From an uncultured bacterium (GTDB lineage: Bacteria; Patescibacteriota; Patescibacteriia; CAIQCM01): a stretch of 64,000 nucleotides of DNA. Below the pieces are notes generated by a model. It did no database searches, was not told the DNA's origin, and saw nothing but the letters and a program-made list of their open reading frames with translations. The translations under genes and the position numbers were made by a program. Shown one piece after another: positions 55,800 through 64,000 of this stretch; positions within the stretch are counted from its first letter, which is position 1, and each line of letters starts with the position of its first letter. Location: NCBI GenBank assembly GCA_963708045.1, contig OY970181.1, positions 323,740 through 387,739 on the forward strand, read 5' to 3'.

Positions 55800-57665
55800 C
55801 TACGGCATCACAACGCCGGCATTGTCAGTGTCGGACTGTATGTCGGTGTCAATTGCGGCGGTGGTGCGCGTTATAGCTGTGCCGGTGTTTTTATCGGTGG
55901 CCCCGAACGTGGTCGTTGAGAGGAGTGGTAAAATTTTGCCAATATCCAAAACACCGGGCGTGATGCTCACGTAAAATTCTAAAGAAACTGATTTTATTGA
56001 CGTTGGCAAACGGTTAAGCGTCCAAATAACCTTGCGGCTTCCCGTGTCATAGCGCAAATCGCCAGCTGAAACATTGCTTCTGTTTTCCCAGTTTACGCCT
56101 GGGGCGAGGATGGCATTAACGTTGATTCCAGAAATTTCGTGAAGTGAATTCGTGAGCGTCCAAACAATTTTATAAGTTGTTTGATTGGTAGATTTTGGCG
56201 GAAGAGCACCTTCGGCCCAGGCGGCGGCCGCAAAAAATTTGGCGTCACTATTTAAGATAGTTTTTACGGTCGGAGTTAAAACAGTTTTGCCGCTAATTTT
56301 TCCGCCGAGGGCGCCGATGGTACCAGTCGCCGAAAGATCTATTTCCGAGTCAGATTTTACTTCGGCTGGCGGCGTGGCAACAGTTTTTATGGAAAGATCG
56401 ATCGTCCCTTTTTCGCCGGCGGCGATCGTGGCCAGTTCGGGAATCTGTCCTTTTCCCCAAGAAATTACGCCGTTCCGATTATTGCCGCCGCGCGCGTCGC
56501 TTAGGCTTGTCCAATCAAGAACCGAGGTCTTTTCGCTGGTCGCGTTTTCGGTGATAGAAAGATTAATTTTGGCGTCGCTTATCGGTTTTGTACTTTTATT
56601 TTCGTAGTCAACGGAAATATGCAGCACATCGCCAAAGTCAATGGTGCCGTCCGCCGCCGATCCGTTTCTGATAATAGAAAGAACTAAGTTGCCCGGCGTA
56701 ACTTTTACCGTTGCGGAAAGGGGAATGAGAATAATAAAATTTCCATTGGCATCGGTCGTGCCGATATCGGCCTTAACGATAACATCGCCGACAAGTCCGG
56801 AAGTAAAATTTCCTGAGCAATTTAATTTCGTTTCTGCACTGGCGACGGGAATTTTTACGCTCCAAGTTTTATTTTCCGGAGTGGCCATTGCGGGATCGGA
56901 TTTTTTTACAATAACGGCATTGCCCGTGTCAAAGCGTATCGCAAGATCGGGAAGCGTTGCTTCGGCACTCGCGTCTTCGCGAAGTTTTAAAGAAATTGAA
57001 AAATCAGCCAGATCGGTCGGCACGGCTTCGTCGGGAGCATTTAAGCTCGCGTCAATAATTGAGTCGGCAACGTTACCTTGCCAGCTTGTGACTTTTTGAA
57101 AATCAGCGTTAAAATTTGCCGGACGATAAGAAAGAACGGCCTGAGTAGAAATATCCGTGCCAATAGATTCAACCACCCTTCCGCGAAGAATAATTTTGCC
57201 TTCGTTTCCGGGGGCGATGGTTCCGATTTTCCATTCCAAATTTTTGTCCACGGTTGCGGGATCGGTCGTGAGTACTGAGATTGACGGCGGTAATCGTAAC
57301 AAAATATCGGCGCTGGCAATCGGCAGGCGGTCGTTGTTTTTATAGCTAATCGTCCACTCGGATACTTCGCCGCTTCTTACAGTTGCGGGCCCGTTAACGG
57401 TTAGGGTAATGTTGTTTCCGTATTTTGAATTTCCGCCAAAACGCATTATGCCCGCGGCCGCGACACCGGCCAAGACAAAAAAGAAAACGGCCGTTAAGAT
57501 AAATTTTGGCCAACGGCGTCGTCGGACGCGCTCAATTTTAGAAAAATCGCCGGGGCGCTCGTCCTCGTAGATCGTTTTAAGCTGCTGTTCTATTTGGCTT
57601 TTTGTTGTAGGACGTTTGCGTTTTGGCAAAGCCGCGTCTTTTGGCGCGTTTTCATTCATATCCAT
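55800..57665 (-). CDS. large membrane-anchored surface protein (hypothetical)
   Basis: 621 aa, N-terminal TM (FILTAVFFFVLAGVAAAG), Thr/Ser/Ala-rich beta-repeat body. Confidence 0.45.
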   Translation of the reverse strand: MDMNENAPKDAALPKRKRPTTKSQIEQQLKTIYEDERPGDFSKIERVRRRRWPKFILTAVFFFVLAGVAAAGIMRFGGNSKYGNNITLTVNGPATVRSGEVSEWTISYKNNDRLPIASADILLRLPPSISVLTTDPATVDKNLEWKIGTIAPGNEGKIILRGRVVESIGTDISTQAVLSYRPANFNADFQKVTSWQGNVADSIIDASLNAPDEAVPTDLADFSISLKLREDASAEATLPDLAIRFDTGNAVIVKKSDPAMATPENKTWSVKIPVASAETKLNCSGNFTSGLVGDVIVKADIGTTDANGNFIILIPLSATVKVTPGNLVLSIIRNGSAADGTIDFGDVLHISVDYENKSTKPISDAKINLSITENATSEKTSVLDWTSLSDARGGNNRNGVISWGKGQIPELATIAAGEKGTIDLSIKTVATPPAEVKSDSEIDLSATGTIGALGGKISGKTVLTPTVKTILNSDAKFFAAAAWAEGALPPKSTNQTTYKIVWTLTNSLHEISGINVNAILAPGVNWENRSNVSAGDLRYDTGSRKVIWTLNRLPTSIKSVSLEFYVSITPGVLDIGKILPLLSTTTFGATDKNTGTAITRTTAAIDTDIQSDTDNAGVVMP

Positions 57666-57683
57666 TTTTTTACGGTCTTTGGT

Positions 57684-60371
57684 TTATTGTTTATCGGCTG
57701 GCGCGACCGCGGAAAGAGAAAGTTTTTTATCGCCGTTTAATTCAAACGTGGTTTGGTATCCGTTGGACGTTGCCATACCTTCGGGGCTAGCAAAAAGTGG
57801 ATACCATGAAAGCGGTAGCGAAAGCGAGGCCGTGACCTTGGTTTCGTTAGCGCCGGATTGGCGAGCAAAAATTATATTATGGGTAAACGATCCAACCGGT
57901 TCGGAAGCAAAGATAAGTTTTTTGGAAAGTGAGGCAACGGCGCGCGCGGGGACGGCTTTCCATGGCAGATTATAAACAAAAGTGATGGTGGATGATTCGC
58001 CAGGATCAGTTTGTGTCCAAGCGCCGAAAACCGTGCGCCTAAATTCGTTGTTAATGGCAACGCCGGTCGTTTGGTCATGGAAAACAGCGCCAGTAACGTC
58101 GGCCAATGTTTGGTCGGGAATACAGCCGGCGGGCGGCGTATCAAATAGTTTATAGCTTGGAGCGTTAATATCGCCCGAGTCAGAGACAAGCTCGCTCCCT
58201 TCGGGAACGTAAACACGCAGATATTCTACGTTACGCACGCCAGTCATTGGTTCGTTCTTTTTTCCATTATGGTTAAGAGTAATCGTGACCGTGTCGGTAA
58301 TTGTTCCGTCGTCGGCAATATTTGAACGGTGTGAAATAGTGGTCGCGATTACGGCATCGGTTTTTTGTCCGGCAATATTTGAACGAACCAGTTCAAAAAA
58401 ATCGGTCTTCGCTGGCAGGGGAGCGAGTTCACCAGACCAGTTCATTTCCGAAATTTTTTTCTGAATATCGCCGTCGCGCATATAAATTTGAATGTCTTTT
58501 AGGGCAAGCGAATCGCCAAAAATAGAAACAGCGCTGAGTAAGGTGTCGCGATCGCTTGTCATAACTTTATCAAGAACTTTTGGTAAAAGGTCGGCGATAA
58601 ATTGTTTTGGTTTTCCGCTGGCGCGCGCAGTATTGCTTTCAACGATTTCCTGCGTGATTTTTAGAACCGTGTCGCTCGTGACGGTTTGTCCGTAGGCCGG
58701 CATATCAATCGGACCAACTGCGTCAACAAGTTTGGCAAGAACCGGCGCGTTCAACGCGATGACGCCGTCAACCGAGGGTCCGCCGGCTTTGTTGTAAAAC
58801 CAGATTATTTTTTGGGCGCTGGTTGGAAAATCAGGGAACCAATTGGCGTCTTGAAATTGCCAGCGGGCATTAACTAACCGCAAAGGGTCGGGCGCGAGCA
58901 CCGATGCTTTTAGCGAGCCTTGGAGATCGTATGGTCCGCCGGCTGGAACTTCTATTTTGGTTATGCGTCCGCGGTCAACATCCAGAAGCGCGAACGATCC
59001 CATAAACCCGCCGGTCGGACGAAGCTCAGCGTTATTTTGGAAAATTACCAAATAGCGTTTGGTGGAATCTTTTCCAAGGATTTGGTAAAGCGAGGGGGCG
59101 AGATTGAGAAATGATTTTAGCGAATTATCGGCCGCGATAAGCAAAGAAAGATTATGATTGAAATTTTCTTTGGAAATTTGCGACGGTATTGCTTTAATTT
59201 TTAGAAGATCATTAACTGCGCCGCCAAGATTGGGTTCGGCCGCCGCGGCGATTTTTTCTAATTCAGAAATTTTTTGGGTTACGTCTTCTGATTTTAACGA
59301 CAAGGCGGCCGCAAGATCGTTTAATGACGCGGCGGCCTTAAGCAACTTTTCACCCGCTGAAATTAGTTCTTTGCCAGAGCGGAATTTTTCGCCGATCACG
59401 GGAATGGCGTCAATTATTGTATTTTCCCAAAAACCGACTTTGGCAACGGCAAGACCGGCGTCAGCAAAAGCAATTCGCGCCGCTTCAATCGTTGTCGGGT
59501 CGGGAAGGATGCCGTTTTTTGCGACGTCGGCAATAACCAGTCCGCTTATGCCGGCGCTTTCGGCTTTATTTTTTACGTCGCTAAGCGAACGGTAAAGGTT
59601 CATTCCTTCCATCGGCAAAACTACGGCCATAGAAACGGTGGCGAACGAGAGAATCGCGCGGCGTAGATTAAACGGTCGCGCGGAAACGATTATGGGTTCG
59701 GTTTCTTTGGAAATTTTTTCTGGTGCCGCGGTTTCCTTTTTTGCAACAAGCGATGTAACAAGAATGTCTTTTTTGCGGTCAAGATCAATGTTTTCAACCA
59801 AACGCAGGCCAATTGTGACTGGCGCGACCAAAGCTTTGCCTAATCCGACAACGGTTTTTTTAGAAAGCGCCGCAATAAATTTTGCAAAAGCGACGGGTAA
59901 AGAATTTTGCCAAGAAAAACGAACCCGGCGATGCGAAATTATTCGCGGTTCGGCATAAGCAAACGGTTGGCGTTTGGTTGGCTTGGCTTTTTTTGAAATC
60001 GTTGTAATGGCGCGCAGGTCAACAATATGTTCGGAAAGTGGTTTTGGCGAAAGAGCGATGGCCGCCGTTTTGAGCGGGGCATTTTTTTTAATTGGCAGGA
60101 GATATTTGGGAATAAAGGGCGTGGTCGGAGCAACAAAATTACTGCTAAAGGTTTTTAGGGGAGAGGGTTCAATTAAAACAGCCGGCGTTTTTTCGGCTTT
60201 TTCGGTCAAGGTTTTTATATAAGAAAAAATTTCGGCCAGCGACTTTTTTGCAACGCTAATTTTAGCCGGTTTTAAATTTTTTCCGGGGCGCGCCCGGCTT
60301 TTTAAAACCGATTTTTCCGGGGCGATTTCGTTTGTTTTGTTTTTAAACTTCGCGCTCGGCATATTACGCAT
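57684..60371 (-). CDS. large membrane-anchored hypothetical protein
   Basis: 895 aa, one TM (ILSFATVSMAVVLPMEG), no motif recognised; co-oriented with the downstream glycosyltransferases. Confidence 0.45.
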   Translation of the reverse strand: MRNMPSAKFKNKTNEIAPEKSVLKSRARPGKNLKPAKISVAKKSLAEIFSYIKTLTEKAEKTPAVLIEPSPLKTFSSNFVAPTTPFIPKYLLPIKKNAPLKTAAIALSPKPLSEHIVDLRAITTISKKAKPTKRQPFAYAEPRIISHRRVRFSWQNSLPVAFAKFIAALSKKTVVGLGKALVAPVTIGLRLVENIDLDRKKDILVTSLVAKKETAAPEKISKETEPIIVSARPFNLRRAILSFATVSMAVVLPMEGMNLYRSLSDVKNKAESAGISGLVIADVAKNGILPDPTTIEAARIAFADAGLAVAKVGFWENTIIDAIPVIGEKFRSGKELISAGEKLLKAAASLNDLAAALSLKSEDVTQKISELEKIAAAAEPNLGGAVNDLLKIKAIPSQISKENFNHNLSLLIAADNSLKSFLNLAPSLYQILGKDSTKRYLVIFQNNAELRPTGGFMGSFALLDVDRGRITKIEVPAGGPYDLQGSLKASVLAPDPLRLVNARWQFQDANWFPDFPTSAQKIIWFYNKAGGPSVDGVIALNAPVLAKLVDAVGPIDMPAYGQTVTSDTVLKITQEIVESNTARASGKPKQFIADLLPKVLDKVMTSDRDTLLSAVSIFGDSLALKDIQIYMRDGDIQKKISEMNWSGELAPLPAKTDFFELVRSNIAGQKTDAVIATTISHRSNIADDGTITDTVTITLNHNGKKNEPMTGVRNVEYLRVYVPEGSELVSDSGDINAPSYKLFDTPPAGCIPDQTLADVTGAVFHDQTTGVAINNEFRRTVFGAWTQTDPGESSTITFVYNLPWKAVPARAVASLSKKLIFASEPVGSFTHNIIFARQSGANETKVTASLSLPLSWYPLFASPEGMATSNGYQTTFELNGDKKLSLSAVAPADKQ

Positions 60372-60393
60372 ATTCTAGCACGAATTTTAAACG

Positions 60394-61533
60394 CTAACGA
60401 GTGGAAAAAGCCCGTTTATACCCAGTTTGGGTAAGCTGGGCGGTTTTTGACCAAGAAAAGGTTTGCGCGCGGGCTTTTGCTGCCGATAAAATTGTCGTTT
60501 TATAGTCCGTTTCGGTCATTATTTTATGGTAGGCGTTTACAAAACCGCTAACGTCAGACGGATTTATGAGCGGAATGGTATTTCCCAACATTTCTCGCGA
60601 AGTATCAATTGCCGAAGCAATAACTGGAGTCTCGGCAAGGGCGGCCTCAAGCGGCGGCAAGCCAAAACCTTCAACTTGCGAAGTAAAAATAAGCGCGTTC
60701 GCGTTTTTGTATAAATTTCCAAGCTCGGCGTCGGAAACTAAGCCGACAAAATTAACGCGATTAAGATTATCGCCAATTATTTCTGCGGCTTGTTTTTTTA
60801 GTTGTTCGGCAAAAGCGGGGTCAGTGCCGGCGATGACAGTTGTTAGCTTTTGGTCGCTAGTCATTAGTTCTTTGGCAACCCTAAAGAATGTTTCCATATT
60901 CTTGTGCGGATAACCGGAACCAACGGACAAAATGTAGGGAGTGAGCGGATACCCCTCACCCGGCCTTCGGCCACCCTCCCCCATTTTTGGGGGAGGGTTA
61001 TAAGGAAATTGATCAACACCGTTTGGGGTGACGAATATTTTCTCTGGGGAGACTTTAATGTTCCGCAAGATGGAGTTTTTGGCGCTCTCGGAAACAGTGA
61101 ACACAATTTTTGCCCGCTTGGCATTTTCCGAAACAACAAAACGGTAGAAAAAATATTTAAACCAATATGCAATCGGGTTAAGGGTTGTAGAAGCAAGCGC
61201 TGGATGCTCCCAAAGAATCATATCGTGAATGGTAATGGCGAGTGGGGTTTTTAACCAAAGCGGCGCGTTCCAATGCGGTACGTGGATGAGGTCAAGTTTT
61301 TCTGCGTCAAAAATTTTTCCAAGTTTTGTTTGTTCGGCAAGCGTATACCAACGAATGTCGGTAATAATGGTTTTCATTTTTGGGGGCACCAAAACCGCGG
61401 CTTCTTTTCGCGTAAAGACCGTATATTCATTTTCGTTGTCTGATTCGGCAAGATGGGCGAGCAGTCGTTCCGCGTAGCGTCCGATACCGCGACTATTTGG
61501 CCCCATCAGGCGGGCGTCAATCCCTATTTTCAT
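60394..61533 (-). CDS. GT4-family glycosyltransferase containing an in-frame GC-rich hairpin repeat
   Basis: EGFGLPPLEAALAETPVIAS motif; residues FPYNPPPKMGEGGRRPGEGYPLTPYI are encoded by the 60948-61000 repeat. Confidence 0.75.
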   Translation of the reverse strand: MKIGIDARLMGPNSRGIGRYAERLLAHLAESDNENEYTVFTRKEAAVLVPPKMKTIITDIRWYTLAEQTKLGKIFDAEKLDLIHVPHWNAPLWLKTPLAITIHDMILWEHPALASTTLNPIAYWFKYFFYRFVVSENAKRAKIVFTVSESAKNSILRNIKVSPEKIFVTPNGVDQFPYNPPPKMGEGGRRPGEGYPLTPYILSVGSGYPHKNMETFFRVAKELMTSDQKLTTVIAGTDPAFAEQLKKQAAEIIGDNLNRVNFVGLVSDAELGNLYKNANALIFTSQVEGFGLPPLEAALAETPVIASAIDTSREMLGNTIPLINPSDVSGFVNAYHKIMTETDYKTTILSAAKARAQTFSWSKTAQLTQTGYKRAFSTR

Positions 61534-61591
61534 AACTTTTAACTTTTAACTTTTAACTTTTGATTGCTTCCTAAAAGTTAACAGTTAACAG

Positions 61592-62665
61592 TTAAAAGTT
61601 TTTTATTGTCTTCACCGTCTCTGCGGCGCATTTTTCCCATGAAAAATTTTTGACGCGCTCGTAACCACGGCTTATTAAAGTTTGTCGTAGATTGTTATCG
61701 CTCAAAACTTGATCAAGTGCTTCGGCAAAAGCGCCAGTGTCTCTTGGGTTTAAAAGAATTCCAGCGTCGTGAATAGTTTCTGGGAGAGCGCCGACCGACG
61801 AAGCAACGACGGGTACGCCAGCAGTCATTGCTTCTAGCGCGGGAAAGCCAAATCCTTCGTAAAATGAGGGAAAAAATAAGGCTCGCGCGTTTCGTAATAG
61901 TGCGCCTTTTTCTTCTTGAGTGACTTGACCGAGAAAGTGGATTCTGTCCGGGTGGTTCATGGTATATGGTACATGGTTCATTTGTCGTGGGCCGGCAAGG
62001 ACAAAATGGATGTCTTTGTTTTTTTGCGCGAGCAGGTTAAAGGCGGCTAAGGCCGTTTGAATATTTTTTCGCGGTTCAATAACGCCGAGGAAGAGGATGT
62101 AGGGGAAAGAGGGCGACATTCCGTGGGGATTGTGCAACGAAGATACAACCGGCGGCACGCCTGGCGGGATTACGGCGATTTTTTCCGTAGGGACTTTTAG
62201 TAGCTCGGTTAATTCGCGCGCCGTGTGACTAGAAAGGGTGATGATTTTGTCGGCGCGGGCAATTAATTTTTTTGTGTTAATTGCGCGGTGCCAAAGTCGC
62301 TCCTTTGCCGAATACCACGATGGATTAACTAAAAAAGAAAGATCGTGAACCGTTAAAATAACTCGTGCCGTTTTTTTAAACGACCAAAAATTAAGGTTGG
62401 GCAGCCAGACAGTTGGTGTTTCTAAATATTCATCAATTTTTGGATAATTTAAAAATGCGAGCGCGGCGTTTGCTAATTTACTGGGGAGAAATAATTTTTT
62501 GGTCGCGATTTTAAAATTTGGCGCGTGAGCGCGGAGCGAAACAAGGCCGCAAAATTGATTGGCGTCGTTTTGTTTTGTTAACTCAGAAATAAGCGGCGCG
62601 GCATACGCCGAAACGCCGCGGCTGGTTTTGTCTTGGAGCGAACGGAGGTCTATCCCTATACGCAT
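61592..62665 (-). CDS. GT4-family glycosyltransferase containing an in-frame ggttcatgg-type repeat
   Basis: EGFGFPALEAMTAGVPVVAS motif; QMNHVPYTMNHPDR encoded by 61953-61980. Confidence 0.75.
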   Translation of the reverse strand: MRIGIDLRSLQDKTSRGVSAYAAPLISELTKQNDANQFCGLVSLRAHAPNFKIATKKLFLPSKLANAALAFLNYPKIDEYLETPTVWLPNLNFWSFKKTARVILTVHDLSFLVNPSWYSAKERLWHRAINTKKLIARADKIITLSSHTARELTELLKVPTEKIAVIPPGVPPVVSSLHNPHGMSPSFPYILFLGVIEPRKNIQTALAAFNLLAQKNKDIHFVLAGPRQMNHVPYTMNHPDRIHFLGQVTQEEKGALLRNARALFFPSFYEGFGFPALEAMTAGVPVVASSVGALPETIHDAGILLNPRDTGAFAEALDQVLSDNNLRQTLISRGYERVKNFSWEKCAAETVKTIKNF

Positions 62666-62722
62666 AACTTTTAACTTTTAACTTTTAACTTTTGTTGCTT
62701 CCTAAAAGTTAACAGCTAACAG

Positions 62723-63826
62723 TTAAAAGTTGCCGTTAAATTTGGTATATTCCCTCTCCACAAACTCGGAAATATTTTTGTGAAAATTTTGCGTTGAAAA
62801 TTGTTCGGCGTGGTTTCTGATTGTCATCGCGTCGTACTTGCTCGCGTCAAAATTGAGCAAGCGGTCGGCCAGCGTTTCCCAATCTTGTTCATCAATTAAT
62901 TCGCCAGAAAGGCCGGGGATGACGGTTTCCAGAGCGCCGCCCGCGGCATACGCCAAAACCGGTCGTCCGGCCGCCATTGCTTCAACAACCGTGATGCCAA
63001 AGTCTTCTTCTTGCGGATTTATAAAGGCGAGGCAATTATTATAGAGTTCAATTTTTTCTTTGTCGGAAACCGCACCCAAAAATTCTACCGTGCCCTTGGC
63101 GCGATTTTTTAAATCATTAAGCGCTGGGCCATCGCCGAAAACTTTTAGCGGCAAGCCGAGCCGCGAGCAGGCGTCAACGGCAATGTCAAAACGTTTGTAA
63201 TTGACAACCCGTCCGCCGATTAAAAAATATTCGCCCGGTTTGCCCGTAATGGAAAATTTTTTAACATCAACCGGCGGATAAATTAGCGTGGAATCGCGAC
63301 GATAGTATTTGGAAATACGCCTGGCGACGGTTTTGGAATTGGCGATAAAACTGTCCACGCGATCGGCGGCAGCTTTGTCCCAAAGGCGCAGGTTGGGGAG
63401 GAGTGAGCGGACAACGGCTTTAACCAATGGGCCGTGGCGCAAGTCGGCGAGGTACGAGTGTGTGTCTGACCAAAGGTAGCGCGTCGGCGTATGGCAATAA
63501 CAAACGTGCAAAGTGTGGTCGCCTGTGATAACGCCTTTGGAAAAAGCCGAGGTTGAAGAAATAACCACGTCAAAAGCGGAGAGGTCAAAACTCTCCGTGG
63601 CTTTGGGCATGAGCGGCAAGAGCCATTGATAGTGAGCTACGCCGCCGGGAATTTTCTGGAGCCAGCTTGTGCGAATGTCTTTTCCTTTGAACATCGCGTT
63701 TGCTTTGTCCTTGTCGTTGAAAAGGACAAAGGTTGGCGCTTTGGGATAAAGATTTTGCAACTCAAAAAGAGTTCGTTCCGCCCCGCCGTCTTGTGCCAGA
63801 TAGTCGTGAATCAACGCTATTTTCAT
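62723..63826 (-). CDS. GT4-family glycosyltransferase
   Basis: EDFGITVVEAMAAGRPVLA motif. Confidence 0.75.
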   Translation of the reverse strand: MKIALIHDYLAQDGGAERTLFELQNLYPKAPTFVLFNDKDKANAMFKGKDIRTSWLQKIPGGVAHYQWLLPLMPKATESFDLSAFDVVISSTSAFSKGVITGDHTLHVCYCHTPTRYLWSDTHSYLADLRHGPLVKAVVRSLLPNLRLWDKAAADRVDSFIANSKTVARRISKYYRRDSTLIYPPVDVKKFSITGKPGEYFLIGGRVVNYKRFDIAVDACSRLGLPLKVFGDGPALNDLKNRAKGTVEFLGAVSDKEKIELYNNCLAFINPQEEDFGITVVEAMAAGRPVLAYAAGGALETVIPGLSGELIDEQDWETLADRLLNFDASKYDAMTIRNHAEQFSTQNFHKNISEFVEREYTKFNGNF

Positions 63827-63947
63827 GGCACTACCTTACTATTTTTCAGAAGAACGGGCAACCCCGCCGACTATTGACTTTTTTACAAAAAATCGTTACA
63901 TTACTGTTTTCGCAGAACCCTGACAAAAAACGAAAAGGAGAGTCGCA

Positions 63948-64000
63948 ATGTCAAAACTCGAAGCCTTGAAGCCTGTTGTAAAAATTCTGATCACTGGTAT
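63948..64000 (+). CDS. start of an ORF (MSKLEALKPVVKILITG...), possibly an NAD-dependent epimerase/dehydratase; truncated by the window end
   Basis: AAAGGAGAG RBS 6 nt upstream; KILITG resembles a Rossmann N-terminus; only 17 codons visible. Confidence 0.3.
   Translation, partial: MSKLEALKPVVKILITG

Overview
The window reads as a small-genome bacterium with Candidate Phyla Radiation (Patescibacteria)-like features: many short hypothetical membrane or secreted proteins, a reduced pentose-phosphate and sugar-kinase cluster with a split transketolase, and rRNA interrupted by group I introns. Read in order, the content is:
- DNA polymerase X
- tRNA-Leu(TAA)
- tRNA-Gly followed by a large serine recombinase and a frameshifted secreted protein with DUF1566 (WRLP-motif), thrombospondin type 1-like and type 3-like repeats
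- a PaaX/Cas2-like winged-helix regulator flanked by CGATCG palindromes
- a secreted protein with two lamin-tail domains
- tRNA-Leu(TAG) flanked by covarying hairpins
- a 23S rRNA carrying two group I introns, then 5S rRNA, with no adjacent 16S
- a MITE-like hairpin repeat family, one copy of which carries a DUF559 endonuclease-like ORF
- a ~7 kb GC-richer block of hypothetical genes all on the + strand, several preceded by a conserved ~100-nt upstream element
- a frameshifted EndoQ-like gene
- a glutaredoxin, a Cys/His-rich mini-peptide and an L,D-transpeptidase
- tRNA-Ala(TGC) flanked by partial copies of itself
- housekeeping genes (TrpF-like, two NUDIX, MsrB, PyrF, aldolase, two PfkB kinases, split transketolase, Rpe, RpiB)
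- a type 2 IleRS carrying an embedded histidine-phosphatase-like domain
- a copper operon (CsoR, an HMA-permease-cupredoxin protein, CopA) with a palindromic operator
- RuvA, a FemAB-family gene, tRNA-Arg(CCG)
- two large surface proteins and three GT4 glycosyltransferases.

The most unusual signals are several families of short palindromic repeats sitting in-frame inside conserved genes (IleRS, FemAB, two glycosyltransferases), much like Rickettsia palindromic elements; the histidine-phosphatase domain inside IleRS; the tRNA genes flanked by partial self-copies; and the uncharacterised + strand island. Protein and domain calls are from motif recognition by eye; no searches were run.
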